From Laetmonice hystrix (taxonomy: Eukaryota), in assembly GCA_965235115.1 (NCBI GenBank), contig OZ249440.1, forward strand, positions 11,470,001 through 11,534,000: a DNA stretch of 64,000 nt, written 5' to 3'. The notes under the pieces are model-generated. The model was not told where the DNA came from. It saw only the letters and a list, made by a program, of their open reading frames with translations, and made no database searches. Below are positions 1 to 14,532 of the stretch, piece by piece; within the stretch, counting starts at the first letter, position 1; the number at the start of each line of letters is the position of its first letter. Both the position numbers and the translations under genes were made by a program.

Positions 1-436
1 TATCTATATGCAAATGTTATTTTTCAGGTGTCCACAAATGCTGTTTGCAATCAGAGTGAACCCTCCCTCCATCCAGTGCAATTCCGGTGACTAATGAAAG
101 GATAAGACAACTCATCGAAGCTGATGATACAAGAGAAGGGGGCAGGGGAAAGACTCATCGACACTCTGCCTTTATTTAATTTCTAGGTGTCTGTGATTAT
201 TTGGACATACCGAGATGTGTGTGTGTTGTCGATTAGAATTGTCCACCTTTTGTATATATTTGCCTGGCTGGCGATGTTGGTTTTGTTTTGTGACAATATT
301 TGCCGTAACTGCATGGGCAGATAATGTGAGCTCTGCTTCCTACACTGCCGGGCTGGGGCAGGTTATGTTCTGCCAAGCTTCCATGATACACCACGCGGCG
401 TCGTCATGGAGCGGTGGATGGCAAATGTGGACACTA

Positions 437-620
437 GTCTTCTTCTTCTTCTTCTTCTTTTTCTTCTTCTTCTTCTTCTTCTTCTTTTTCTGCTTCTTCT
501 TTTTCTGCTTCTTCTTCTTCTGCTGCTTCTTCTTCTACTTCTTCTGCTTCTTTTCTTCTTCCTCTGTTCTATTCTTCTGCTTGCTCTTCTGCTTCTTTTA
601 CTTCTTCTCAAACAACCGTC
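437..620. repeat. (CTT)n microsatellite
   Basis: Direct reading; source of the poly-F/L/R ORFs. Confidence 0.95.
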
Positions 621-3600
621 GGCTTGCATGGATCTACACTTCCTTGATTAAAATCCCTTCATCGCTGACATAACAAATCTTTATTAGTGGTTAGAAAATG
701 CAAATGATGAGGACATTTACAATCTTATAACTACAAGGTATGATGCAATCATTTAAGAACCTGTTATGGACACCAGACACTTGCGTGGTAAGTTGATGAC
801 AGATCATCCGATTCTCTTCAGAAGCCAATGCATCAACCTGACGCACAAAAGTTGCCGTAACTTCTTAACTTCCTAACGAGTTGCAAATATACGGACTTTC
901 ACCGAGACGCTTTTTATTTCATTAGTATTGTTTATGGGACAACCTACATTTAATGCCCACAGATGACAGAACACAGTTTTGGCGCTGGACTCAGGAGTTT
1001 ATTGAGATTAAGCTGATTCTTTGTTAACGCCGTCAGTGGCGGCGACTGGCTAAACTACGTCAGCAGATGGATAGACCCCCTATCGTTACAAAATAGAAAT
1101 ACCTACAGCGCCCTCTGTTGGCATTAAATGGCATTGTCTGTCAACAATCCTTATTTATCTCAGAGTTCCTGCGAAGGAGGACTTTTTGAGCAGTGCGCCT
1201 CTGAGTACCTGGGGGAGTTGGGTGACCCAGTGGCTTTCAGCTCTGGCCGTGTTAAATTAAAGCCAATAGGCCTACAACCAGCACCTCGTGAGTTTACATC
1301 CGAGGGTATTTCTCAACCGGAAATGAAATGACCTCGGACGTTCCGATTGCGCCGAGCCCTCACTGCGGTGATTACCGGAAGCGCCCATATGAAGCTTCCT
1401 GATTGGCTACTACACCGTCAGTATTATGATCAGTCACTGGTTCAAAATCACGTCACACCTCAGTCAAAAATACTGTCCGCACGGTAGCCCAAGGCCAATA
1501 AAATCACAGGCGCTTGCCCACAGCATGGTGACAGCCAGTACTTTTTTTTATAATGTTTTTTCAAATTTATATAATATCAAACATATCGTAGGTTACCTTT
1601 GTTATAATTCGATACGAGTACCGGTGGCTTCCTGTCACGGTGATGTTGAAGAGCTCCCTCACTCTCCCGTCCCCCCCCGGGCCCCGTGAGATCGTCGGGA
1701 AATAACTCTTCCTGTCTGTGAATACGGCAAGCTTCCATAAGTCGGACCCAGCGTGGGACCGCCAACAGGGCTAAGGAGCCCTGCCTGACCTGCCTGCCCC
1801 GCGTGTCTAGTCACCGCCGGCTTAGGCCGTCACCTGTGGCCGCACATGGCGCCACCTATCAGCGAGTCAGACACTAATCCTCCGATAAATCCATTTAGGG
1901 CATATTCAGCTACGCCAGACACCCCCGTCACCATCATCCAACGCGTCGGATATTTCCGTTTGCTTCAGGGAATCTTACTCTTGCTTGGATTTTTTTTTTC
2001 AGTGGACGTATCAACCGCATGTAAAGAGCTCTATTTTAAGAGACCGCGATTGGCAAATGTTTGCGACAGGGAAAATGTTCCAACTATTTTTTTCTCCCTC
2101 TTCATTTTCAACCACCACCCTCCGCCCACACACCACACCGCAATATACTGTTATTGATTCATCGACAACAATCTTTCAATATATTGGTATAATACTTTTC
2201 TTTCTGCCTTCGCACTTGGGCAAATACAATATAATTAATGAACACTATGAGATTGCACACATCCACGTGTATGACAAGTAACCGATTAGCCAATCATGAA
2301 TCGAGGAAGTCCTCGATTCGCTTGGTTAACTTTCTCACTAGCAAGTGCAATTAATTGTTGTAATCGATCAGACTTAAAATGATAAATCATGGGGCATTCC
2401 CCAGAACTTGAATGTTGCTTATGATCAGATGAAACCCGAAAGTCAATCCATTACCAAACTAATCATGAATTCTTGATTAAGTTGTGCAATACTGTTTTCC
2501 AAACGTCAAAGTAATGCAATATACTTAACAAATGGTATTTTCCATTGTTTATCGGTTCTCATTCTTTCCATGTTACGTATCTGTCATCACTTATTGTTTC
2601 GGTTTATTCCAGTCCAATTAGTCTATAATCACCTCCCCCCCTCCTGAATATGCTCTGAAATAAGACCATGAATAACCCCTAAGTTGTCCATGAAAAGTTT
2701 GTCCTCATTTAAAGGTAAAAAAGTTGACTAAACGGTTTCTAAAGGTTTTGTCTCTCCTGAAAATTTAGTCACTGATTACTAAAAGAACGAAGTCAAAAGG
2801 ACAGCGTTGCTTGTTTGGCGCATGTGTGACCTAGTAAATTTGGCTCCCTTGTCCCAACATGCACTGCAAGTGAAGCCACCTCCATCTACCTGCGCGACTT
2901 TTATTGCAGCCGACTATTCCGATCACGGCAGCAAAACTGGCTTCTACCGTTCTGGTCATTGGCTGCGTCGGTTTCTGCGGTCGAAAGGACAAGGGTATTG
3001 TTTTTATTGTATTTTTCCGGCCGCTGGAACTGAACATTGGTATTCCATCTGCAGATCTGGGACTGGTACCTCACATGGATGAATTGTGTTCGGTGTGATG
3101 GTAGGTTTGCTCTGAAAGCCATGGGACCTGTTCTCCCGCTTGCTGCCCGCCCATGTTTGCACCACGTTTCCATTGTGACGTTTTCCACACGGGCTGACAT
3201 TGGTCGTTGCCGAGTCTGACTCCTATTCAACTACACCCAGGAGTTGTCTTGCGGCAATGCCGGCTCGTGAACGTTTGCCAATATTCTAAACTAGTGTGGT
3301 GTAGAAACGTGGTGCAACGGGTTCAGTGGAGGTATCATATTGTAAAATGTTTTTAAATCTTATTGTATTGTTTGGTACAGAGAAAATAACTCGTTGTAAA
3401 GTGCTCTGATACCTCTTCGGCCAACGTACATAGAGTTTAACCGAACAAAATATTTGTGCAGGGAAAACTAGATTATATTTTATCGCTTTAAGTTCATTTG
3501 ATTATGCTCACATCAAAGCCATCTTTATAAATTATTCATACTAAGGGCGATTCTTACCCGGAACCTTTATAAAAGTCCTTATGATCTATATTCAACGTTG

Positions 3601-4400
3601 TGTCTTCAAGTTTATGCATCGTATATTATGTATCTATATTACGATGTGAAAGTACTGCCACGCACTATTCAGAACACACGGGCTTGCGTCTTTTGATGCA
3701 GACATTTGTCACTAATAAAGATGTTAGTCACAATCCATCGGCCACTATCTCTCGAGCTACGGAAAGACCTCGCTCTGGGGCCATGGACTTTACTTCGATA
3801 TGCCGCAGCACACTGCATATCGAATGCAGGAAAGCAGTTCCCTTTATCTTGGGTTATTCCATGAATAATTACAAGGACCTTTCCATATACGCCGAGCAGA
3901 GCTTCATTTGGACCCCGCTCTGCATGCACCGGCGTCGATCCAACGTGTCGGGCATCATGTCAGTAGCACAAAGTTAATGCACGCTTATACTGGCTCAAAA
4001 AGCCCTGATGTGGATTATCCTCCTAATAGGACTTAGCAAGTGGATTAGCAGGGTAACTGCGTAGCTGGCACCGGGTATAGAAGCGCCAGGTGGGCGTCAT
4101 CCCATTCGTAATGTCTGCTGAGTAGTCTGTAATCATAAACTCCTCAAGGACTGGTTCGTTGTATTTTTGTAGCAGATGAAGAGGAGCATATTCAAAGGCA
4201 GGACTTCATATTCCAGTCTCAGCAATAATAGTTTACTGTTAGTTTCATTGTTGGAATTTAAATAGCAGTAATGGCAAACTATTTTCGTTTCATGTGGTGC
4301 ACGTGAGTAAAATATACATTTTTAAAAATTACGAAATGGGCACATATTACAAAACGGGAAAATATACATTTGTAGCTGTGGGACTACTATTACAACATGG

Positions 4401-4614
4401 GCCTTAAAGGCCGGTTTATAGTCCGTCGGCCGACCATCGGCCGACCATCGCTCTACGTTTATAGTTCAGCGATCCGGCCGTCGGCCGACCGATCGCTGAG
4501 AGTTAAGGCCGGTTTATAGTCCGTCGACCGACCATCGGCCGACCATCGGCCGACCAAAGTCGAGCGATGGTCGGCCGATGGTCGGCCGACGGACTATAAA
4601 CCGGCCTTTAAGGC
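4401..4614. mobile_element. MITE with perfect 53-bp terminal inverted repeats (PIF/Harbinger-like or TTAA-flanked)
   Basis: 4401-4453 is the exact reverse complement of 4562-4614; a third copy of the left TIR starts at ~4503. Confidence 0.8.
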
Positions 4615-5264
4615 TACAAGACATGCCCTGATCTACCGTTTTACTGGCGCCACCAATGCCCCTGTGGTAGGCCTATTCCTTGCACACGATCCTTTCAAAT
4701 GGGAAACCGTATACGCCTACATTATACACTGCACAGCATATCGGAGTAGATGTCCGTATATCGGAAACAGAACACATTACCGGGGTTTTATATCCATAGT
4801 AACCAGGAACAAACGAGAGCTTCCTGCATGGCCATGAGATAGGCCTGAACACCCTCTGTCCCACAGGGTTCGATAATATACCTCACAACGCTGAGCTAAA
4901 CAACACGATGATTCGTTTAGATATAAACCAAACATACAGTGGCTCCTCTCATTGTACTCCATTCCCAGCGGACGGTGGTAACTGAGGGGGACGGATTATA
5001 TCAGTGAACTTTTCCTGACCTGGGAATCATTGTGTTCCAGCGATAAGCCAATAGCCACCGCCTGCCTCCTTGCAGTCACCTCACTGTGGACTGTATAACC
5101 CCCAGGTGCTTCCACATGGATAAAGTCACATGACCGATGTAAGGAGAAGCAACTCAGCGATGCGATAAGGACACCACCTTCTATTGTCAGTATAGATCCG
5201 TAATACCACAGCCGACGGATGGCTGAGCGCTGCCCTCAACGTCTCACCCACAGCCGACGGGTGG

Positions 5265-5860
5265 TGTGATGTGGTAAAGTGACCCCGTGGTAAAGTGACC
5301 CCGGGGTCCATTTACCACGTGGTAAATTGACCCCCGGGTCACTTTACCACAGTGGAAAAGTGACCCCCCCTGTGGAAAAATGACCCATGTTGAATATATA
5401 TTTGGCATAACGTGTTTACAGTGGAATCTTTCGTGATTTTCCTGCTTCTTGGTATCTTTCAACAGTTTTTAACCATGTAGTATACTCACTTTGCCGACTT
5501 GCGCAATTTGCAAATAGGGTGTTTGCAATTCGTCAATTTCCAAATTTACCCGGCAAATTTAGAAGGACAAACCAGCAGATATGGGTGCTACCTGTACGCC
5601 CCTTGGTTAGGGTTAAAGTAAGTTTAGGGTTAGATCTATTGGAATTAACGCTACTTGCAAATCGAGCAGATTGACAAATTGAGTACGACATGAACAAAAA
5701 CATGTTTTGTATCCTTTCCATAAGTAAAAAAAAAAATACAGAACAAGAAATATCTTAACTTTTCATTCAGGGTCAGATTACCACAGAGGGGGTCACTTTT
5801 CCACTGTGGAAAAGTGACCCGGGGGTCAATTTACCACGGGAGTCAGTTTTCGATGTGACA
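5265..5860. mobile_element. Non-autonomous DNA element with TGT...ACA ends and 4-bp TSD (Ginger-like)
   Basis: GTGG duplicated at 5261-5264 and 5861-5864, splitting a minisatellite unit; inverted subterminal GTGGTAAAGTGACCCC arrays. Confidence 0.65.
5474..5692. mobile_element. Short inverted-repeat element nested in the Ginger-like element
   Basis: CATGTAGTATACTCA / TGAGTACGACATG imperfect TIRs, AAC on both sides, internal TTAGGGTTA motifs. Confidence 0.45.
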
Positions 5861-6535
5861 GTGGCCCTCAACGTCTCACCCACAGCCGACGGGTGGCCCT
5901 TAACGTCTCACCCACAGCCGATGGATGGCTGAGCGCTGCCCTCAACGTCTCACCCACAGCCGACGGGTGGCCCTCAACGTCTCACCCACAGCCGACGGAT
6001 GGCTGGGTGCTGCCCTCGACGTCTCACCCACAGCCGACGGATGGCTGAGCGCTGCCCTCAACGTCTCACCCACACCCGACGAGTGGCCCTCAACGTCTCA
6101 CCCACAGCCGACGAGTGGCCCTCAACGTCTCACCCACAGCTAGCCGACGGATGGCTGAGCGCAGCCCTCAACGTCTTACCCACAGCCGATGGATGGCTGA
6201 CCGCTGCTGCCCTTAACGTCTCACCCACAGCCGACGAGTGGCCCTCAACGTCTCACCCACAGCTAGCCGACGGGTGGCTGAGCGCTGCCCTCAACGTCTC
6301 ACCCACAGCCGACGGGTGGCCCTCAACGTCTCACCCACAGCTAGCCGACGGGTGGCTGAGCGCTGCCCTCAACGTCTCACCTACAGCCGACGGGTGGCCC
6401 TCAACGTCTCACCCACAGCTAGCCGACAGGTGGCTGAGCGCTGCCCTTAACGTCTCACCCACAGCCGACGGGTGGCCCTCAACGTCTCACCCACAGCTAG
6501 CCGACGGGTGGCTGAGCGCTACTCTAAACGTCTCG
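5861..6535. repeat. Minisatellite, 27-bp core (CTCAACGTCTCACCCACAGCCGACGGGTGGCC-type) with longer variants
   Basis: Direct tandem repetition; one further unit at 5206-5264 before the insertion. Confidence 0.92.
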
Positions 6536-7805
6536 CTCACAGACGTTCGATATAAAGATATATTTTGTACATGGTAGTACATTCAGTCGAGACTGATGTC
6601 CAATGTGGCCCCGTTTGTAATACACAATAAATGCATACATGAATGGAAAGCTAACTCTATATGTATACTGTTTGATAAAAACTCTAAAATGTTTTTTATC
6701 GTCTGCAGTGTATGACACTCTTTGATAATATTATATGGTAATTCATTCCACCAATTCATTCCATTCAAGTGGGGCATGTGAAACAAGTAGGGCCGACGTT
6801 ATTATTATTATTACATGATCGAGTAGTTCTCTTTGAAACATCTACTTCCATGGTTATCTTGCCTGACAAATTATGTGGCGCTAGACGGTGTATACATAAA
6901 TAATATAGCCATGAAATAAAATCTCGTCTTTGAATATACAGCCATCCATCCTAGTTTATTCACGACCTCTAACCCCCTTATATTAATACAGTCATAATTT
7001 CCTGTAATAATTCTTGCAGCTCTATTTGTAATCGTTGGATTTAATCAAGATTTTGTTGAGTCGGGTAACCCCAAACTGTGATTGCATCATCAATCGTAGG
7101 TTTTATTATGCTATTATAGATCGTAATCAAGTGAATTTCTTGAATTAGATGATCTAATCTTGATATCTTGAATACAACCTTTTTTTACATAGGCGGTTCA
7201 TTTGGTCGTTCCATATAATATGATGCTCAATTTGTGTACCAAGATAGTCAGTGCAATCCACTTGCACTAATTGTGATTCTACAATTATAAAAACATGTAC
7301 AAGTAAGTTTGACGGTATCAGTTGATATTGTAATGGAACTCAATAGAAATAAATGAATAATTTGATATGTTATATCGAAGCGACAGAAACAGCAGGGGTG
7401 CGAGGCTGACTGGCAGTAAAATCAAAAAGATTGAACCCCACCCTCTCTTAATGTAACGATACCGATTCAGTCAGGAACGTTAGGTTTGATGTGGGAGAGC
7501 TATTTACTCTAAGTTACACTACCATTTAACGGTAACCACGGAGTGTACGTAGCGAGACCGAGCGGCAGCACAACTGTAAGTATAGTGTCGATTGTAATGA
7601 GGATTTCTCTACGAACCGTCGGGGCTGGATGTTTAACGTCCAGCCCTGTTACCGTAAGGCCAAAGTTATTTCATTGTTTGATTTATGCCCATTTTTGGAC
7701 ATTAGGATTTGGATACTTTTTACGCCTCCGCACCGTCAGGTTCATAATCAGTAGCTTGGTTTTATTGTTGGTGGAATCGGGAATATTCGGTGAAAACTAC
7801 CATCT

Positions 7806-8360
7806 AAAGGTAACTGACAGACCGTCGGAATGTAAGTGACAAACCGTCTGAAGGTAAGTGACAAACCGTCTGAAGGTAACTGACAAACCGTCTGAAGGTA
7901 ACTGACAAACCGTCTGAAGGTAACTGACAAACCGTCTGAAGGTAACTGACAAACCGTCTGAAGGTAACTGACAAACCGTCTGAAGGTAACTGACAAACCG
8001 TCTGAAGGTAACTGACAAACCGTCTGAAGGTAACTGACAAACCGGCTGAAGGTAACTGACAAACCGGCTAAAGGTAACTGACAAACCGTCTGAAGGTAAC
8101 TGACAAACCGTCTGAAGGTAACTGACAAACCGTCTGAAGGTAACTGACAAACCGTCTGAAGGTAATTGACAAACCGTCTGAAGGTAACTGACAAACCGTC
8201 TGAAAGGTAACTGACAAACCGTCTGAAGGTAACTGACAAACCGTCTGAAGGTAACTGACAAACCGTCTGAAGGTAACTGACAAACCGTCTGAAGGTAACT
8301 GACAAACCGTCTGAAGGTAACTGACAAACCGTCTGAAAGGTAACTGACAAACCGTCTGAA
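7806..8360. repeat. 22-bp minisatellite GAAGGTAACTGACAAACCGTCT, ~25 copies
   Basis: Direct reading. Confidence 0.95.
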
Positions 8361-11036
8361 ATGTGGCTCGAAAGGGTGATAGTCCCTGTGGCCGTATATA
8401 TGCTCAGCCTGAGACCACTGAACCACTGCGGCCCACAAGGTTGACAGGAATGTAAAGATTCCTTAGAATTTTCCAAATTCTAGAAATCAAGAGTTGGCGA
8501 GCCCGTGAACCGAGCTATACAAAAGGTTTGGCCTGAAGGTGGTGATCATCATGGACGCGTGCGAGCGTTGACTTGGGTGATTTCATCTCTTACCTGTCTG
8601 ACGATCTGACGTAGAATCGATCAGTATCTCCGCCGCTCTGTCTCAGGTAAGGTCCCCACTCCCAGCCGTATACCCCCACACCCCCAGTGCTCACACTGTA
8701 GCAGCCATCCAGACCCCCCCCCCCCTCACCCATCCAACACTCGCCTCGTAATATACGCTGGACTGTTGTACACTCCGTATAATGATGTCGTAGGCTGCAA
8801 GAAAGTACTACCATATCGTCTTTTTATAGTTTCACACTCGTTCTTACCTCAGTACTGATGCAATAATCAATCATTTAATTACTTATTAATGTATCTCCGC
8901 TTGTGTCACCATTTAAGTTATATATTATGTTGTAATTTAATAAGGATGTACATAAGTTCATTTTAGAACTTCCTCATCCCTTAATGTATCATAAACAAGC
9001 CTGCTCCTGAAATAAACAAACGCAAACTCAAAAAAAAAAAATTAGAGCCCGCGTCCAAAATTACACCAGAACTTCATGTCCCATTAAATTTAAAATAGAA
9101 GAGTACTGTGGGATCCCCCTATCGATAAGGATCCTGTGTTTTGGGGGTTGTTTTTTCCATATCCACCTCCTGACGCTTCAACTGGGACGTAAAGAAAAAA
9201 TGACCCAGTACCTCATGGCATTATCTGTCGACAACAGTACCTGCTGGATGATTTATCTTTGTTTCGACGTAATGTTGTAAGAATACTATAGAGAAAACCC
9301 ATGTATCTTTTAGAGAGGAATTATTATCAATAAATATCCAAAGCAGACGACATAGTGCTTGCCAAGCCTCAGACTAGGCATACATGTATGAAGAACTACA
9401 AACTGGCGAGGCAGCGGACTTTCTATTTCAGTTAAATCGAATTGTTCTCCAAAGAACAGCAGAAGCGTACAGCCCAGCGTGAAGGGCGATAAAAACACAC
9501 GTATACGTAATGCCAAGTTACAGCTAGTGTTACAAGTTATAAAATGTACCTTTAATAGAAATAAGCTAAAATTGACAACACTCACAAGACACCAGTAACG
9601 TTTTTGAAGCGTTCTTACCTGAGCCTCGAGCAATGAAGCTATTTGAGACCACTGAAAGGCCGTCTTTAACATGGAGACCGATCGACTTCCGCTCAGGGGG
9701 GTTATCAAAAATTTAACTCAGTGTCCATGGCAACATCTATCATTCTATACGACGGTAAGAGAAAGAAAGCCGATGGCAGGACCCTACCTGGTACGGCTGT
9801 CATGTTTTTGTATTCCCAAACGTGATCATTCGGTGAAGTGTACTCTGGTTAGAACACTATCTGATGGCAGTTGACCATGTGCGATTTCCATCTTGTCCAT
9901 TAGTGAACTCGTGTCCCGAGACGTCAACTCTGGCGCACTTTAGCACCGAGTCGATGGCACTGTGACAGGCTGGTGTGCTGACTACATATAGCCTTTGTCC
10001 GAAATGACTTTCCAATAATATCAGTCTCCAAGGATTAATCTTTACCATTCAAATAGTCCGTTTATGAAGAGTTGAGTACGTATTAGTCAGCGTCGGTATT
10101 GCCATGTGCCTCGCTATAATAATTAACCGTTGTAGCGTGGAGGTAGTTGGCGAGTTGGACTTCTCGTTGCGCCAATGGCAAGAGCGAGACCACAACGCCG
10201 CGGGAAATGACGCGACGCGCGGGAAGCCACTGGTGTGAAGCTTTCACGGACCGAGTGGCCCTGGCCCTCACGTTATTGAGTCCAGCCCGCCACGCAGTCT
10301 GGCACCTAGCGCTTGATTGTCACGGGCTGGCCCTCGTGGTGCAAACCACGACCAGGGCAGCCATAGTTAAGTCACCTGTAAATTAGTGTAATATGGCAAT
10401 TATTCGCTAAATACCAGGGCTAGCATTGGATTCAGTTTCGCCAGGCCCATATAATGTAAACGGCCTTGTCTCCCGGCAGTGCACATTGCTGGCAATCTCC
10501 CCAAACTTCAGTTGACGGCGGCAAAGAACGAGGACCTCCTTCAAAATTTGTGTCAAAATAGCGAATAACATGGCAATATACTATGGTTCATGAAGTTTCA
10601 TGAATCAAGTGTCCTTGTCAATAAGTAGGCCTATAGGCCGATACTGGTATATTAACGACGCCTTTCCTCGCCGGAAATCGCATAAAAGTTGCTCCGTCTG
10701 TATGCACATCTTTTTCTTGAAAGAAGAACATTTTCATCAGCATCCGACGGACTGGTTAACTTGATTCCGTGATCGTTGATCGACGCCTCACAACAAGCAG
10801 CAACATACATCATACTAAACTTCATGTGTTTAGGACGTTTGGAATACGGTGTGTTTGGCTGCTGTGCCTATGGTCGGCAACAGACGGGCGTTACTATATA
10901 TAATTGATCATGTGATTAGAATCAAGCCCCGCCATTGGTTTATTGTTGCTCTGTGTATAACCTCCTGGGCGTGGAAAGGGTAAAAGTTGAGAAAATACTT
11001 TCTACGTCTGCCAACCATCTTGCCCTCAAAATATTT

Positions 11037-11347
11037 ATACTCCTGAATAATACTCACACTCCTGAATAATACTCATACTCCCCAATAATACTCGTACTCC
11101 CCAATAATACTGATACTCCTCAATAATACTCATACTCCTCAATAATACTCATACTACTCAATAATACTCATGCTCCTCAATACTACTCATACTCCTCAAT
11201 AATACTCACACTCCTGAATAATACTCATACTCCCCAATAATACTCGTACCCCCCAATAATACTGATACTCCTCAATAATACTCATACTACTCAATAATAT
11301 TCATACTCCTCAATAATACTCATACTCCTCAATAATACTCACACTCC
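11037..11347. repeat. 19-bp minisatellite TACTCATACTCCTCAATAA
   Basis: Direct reading. Confidence 0.9.
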
Positions 11348-13077
11348 TTTACCCTGCCTTGTTGGCGTTGTCTGCTCTGAGGGTCCCAAACGTCTCAATT
11401 CATGACACGGTGCCCCGGTATAAACTGACCACAACTATACGGCACTTTCCCATCCCTTAAAGGTAATCGATCACCCTACGGCCGCTTTTTGTCCCCATCT
11501 CCTACGAATCCGCGTATTTCAAGCTTACCTGATCTTGAATCTATCCCACTGGACTGATAAAACATTCTGTCATATCCATAACATTGTTGTGCTAGGTCTG
11601 TTGATGATTATGAGCCATAACGAGGCGATACATCCCAGATTTTTCATCTCAATGTACTGAGAACCGAGAACGACCACCATGGCCGCGTTAGCATTGTTAG
11701 GGCGGTCGTTACTAAGCAACAGAATTGGGCGCATGCGTTGCCTCGCACTGCTCCGCCCGCCCTCCCCCCATAATCCAAATAAGGGCATGATTTGATTCGC
11801 GTGCTCTCGTCTCTATCCAAATAGGTAAACGCTTAATTAATTAATTAAAAATATTGTCGATGTGGACGCGCCATAGTACCAGACTGCTAGAAACCCCTTA
11901 AAATAATTGTTTTTACTCAAGTTTTGTTGAATTGACTGCGTTTATTTCAATTTACGGACAGATTTCCTTTAAGTACTCTGACGGGCATCTCCCATTGCCC
12001 AGTCGAAAAGTGATAGGGACTATGGCCACCCCAGCCTTTGTATGAATGGGGCGAATCTTGGTATTCTTCAGCGGTGAGGGAGGGGAGCAGGTCAGGCAAA
12101 TACTTCCGGCCAGGGGACGTACAATGGATCCATCTAATGCCTTCAATCAACCACGATACGACGGCTAATATTCGTCTTATAAACAGGATTGTGTGGAGTC
12201 AGGCGGTTGTCAGCAATTCCTCTCGATGTCTGGCGTTCGCTGTCCTGGATGTTGTCAGACCATCTCTAGGGTTTACAGCATCGAACTCCATCCAAATATA
12301 ATCTGGATAATCTTCTGTACCTCAAAAAGATGCCTCGGAAACCCAGCTATGCATTGTTGTCGAAGTCTCAAGAGCTTCACATGACCGTCACCCCCAGGAA
12401 GGGGAACTTTGATATTAGAACTTCACTGTGGTATAAGAATGCCCCTCTTCGACGCTGCAGTTTCATAGCGTCTTACAAGGTTCCATCCAATTGTTTGAAG
12501 ACAAAGCTTTGCATTGCATTTCCCTCTTTTATAGCTAAACCCATTGTCGTAACGTCGACAGCGTAAGACAAGGCAATAAGATTGATTGACAAATAGACAG
12601 AGTCGCATTGGCGTATACCGCTGTGCGTTCATCACCCAAGCTGCGATGATTTGCCCCAGGCCTATAACATCTTATGGCATCAGAGAAAATAGAGATTGAA
12701 CCCGGCCCAAGTAAATGAATGCTGGCTGTGGGGAGCGAGGCAATCTTTGCGGCCCTCCCTAGAGACTATACGTTGTCAGTGTGTACGCTTCATGAATGCA
12801 GCCATCCTTTCTCTGACTGGTCGATGATGAAAGGAAATGGCACGCACTGCTTGCTTCCAGGGTCCGAGACAATAGGAATATTTTCTCTATGGTAGCGGGC
12901 AGCATTCACCGAAGACTTTATTGCCAATTGATGGTCCTATACACGCGGTCCTGCCTACCGCCAGTGCCATCGTTCGGTGCGGAAATCAGTTGGTCCTAAT
13001 TATTTTGTCATCAAGACAAAAATGATTCAACCTAGGGTATGTTGGTCTGGGATCTTCCTCTTCATCGTCATTTACTT

Positions 13078-13158
13078 CTTTTCTTCTTCTTCTTTTTCTT
13101 TTCTTCTTCTTCTTCTTCTTCTTCTTCTTCTTCTTCTTCTTCTTCTTCTTCTTCTTCG
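13078..13158. repeat. (CTT)n microsatellite
   Basis: Direct reading. Confidence 0.95.
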
Positions 13159-13516
13159 TCTGTTTGGGAAGAATGACCATTAGCATCCCTTGCTTGTTCG
13201 TAAGAGGCGACAAGTGGAACGAGGGCTGGTGTGGCAAAGTGGTTGTGCGTTGGAGCGCAGAACTTCACTTCCTGTGGTTATCTCAGTTTGTATTGTATTG
13301 CTCTTCTTGCTCCAGCGCGGTGCAAATACTTCTTGCGGTTTCTTGGATTCTCAGATAATTTTTCGTGTTTCATCAGGTAATATTTTGTCTTCATCTCAAG
13401 CTTTTCTGCCTCCTTAATTGCTATCCCAATAAAGTTCGTTCTCTATTCGCCGTAAATAACACACGCATGATGTCCCTTATGGGCCACCTTATGAAGATGA
13501 CCGACGAGGCGTAAAC

Positions 13517-13637
13517 CCACCAACTCAACACCACACAACAAAACAACCAACTCAACCCAAACCACCAACTCAACACCACACGACAAAACCACCAACTCAA
13601 CCAAAACCACCAACTCAACACCACACGACAAACCCAC
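13517..13637. repeat. CA-rich tandem repeat (ACCACCAACTCAAC units)
   Basis: Direct reading. Confidence 0.75.
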
Positions 13638-14532
13638 AAGAATCCTTGTATTGGAAGGTCTATCTTACATTCTGGCTTGCTTGCTTGTTTTTCTTAAGTT
13701 AGTGAGAACAAATCCCTCCATCTGCTGTCAGTTTGGCTCACAATCACGAGAGAGTTCGGACTTGCCCTTCAGCTATACGGAGATATTTCCAGGAAGGAAA
13801 CGACGCGTATTTCATTCGAATTAACCATTACGAGTTACAGCATTCGTTCACAAACCCTGCGGTGGATTCAATGTGAACTGATGGCAAGCGTTGGCGTGTC
13901 ATTCTTACGGTATGGCTGAGCTAGCACCATCTACGTATACTTATTCAATTCCATATGTTGGATGCACCCCCATCAGGTGAGGTCCCGTCGTTATGACTAT
14001 GTGCCAGTTCAATATATTCCCGCGCTTAATGCATGGTGTGGGAAGTAAGTTTTCCCACTCCTCTTACGTTGACGATAAATCATAAAGGAACAAGTTTGCG
14101 TCCTTGACGAAGTTTGGAGGTCCGTGTACATTCCGGGATATACACTATGACTAGCTAATATTATACAAATATGGCACTTGGTTGAGTGCAATATGAAAAT
14201 TTATGGCACGATGGCAACTGATATTGCACGACGCGAAGCGGAGTGCAATATCAGTTTCCAGAGTGTGTTTTGTGTAAACCTTTCCAGCAGGAAAAAAGAA
14301 AAATTACTTTGTAACGGGGGTTTGCAGCCCCAGTAACCCCCCCCCCTAAATCCGCCACTGAGATCTACCATGCGTTCCTGTAGACCTTTGCGAGATTCGA
14401 ACCCCCGTTCCTGTAGATCTTTGCGAGATTCGAACCCCCGTTTCGGAAACCCCTTACCAGGTTTGATGGAGAGTTCCACGCTATCATTCGCCAACTTTCT
14501 CGCAAACTTCCACCAGAGGTTGTTTTTGCTGG

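Noticed and set aside
20-92. TTTTCAG acceptor followed by short open frames at the window start
   Set aside because: Could be a terminal exon of an upstream gene, but no recognisable protein and no way to fix the frame.
215-673. ORFs with poly-F/L/R runs (also 12977-13268, 26399-26644, 36080-36428)
   Set aside because: Translations of CTT, CT and CCCT microsatellites.
5925-6577. Repetitive ORFs up to 192 aa
   Set aside because: Produced by the 27-bp minisatellite.
7748-8476. 242-aa and 213-aa minus-strand ORFs with a 22-aa period
   Set aside because: The 22-bp unit lacks minus-strand stop codons, so all frames stay open; no other coding evidence.
9300-12560. Coding-like GC-balanced stretches (~9400-10400 and ~11950-12560)
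   Set aside because: Multiple stops in all frames and no recognisable domain; probably old transposon remnants that I cannot classify.
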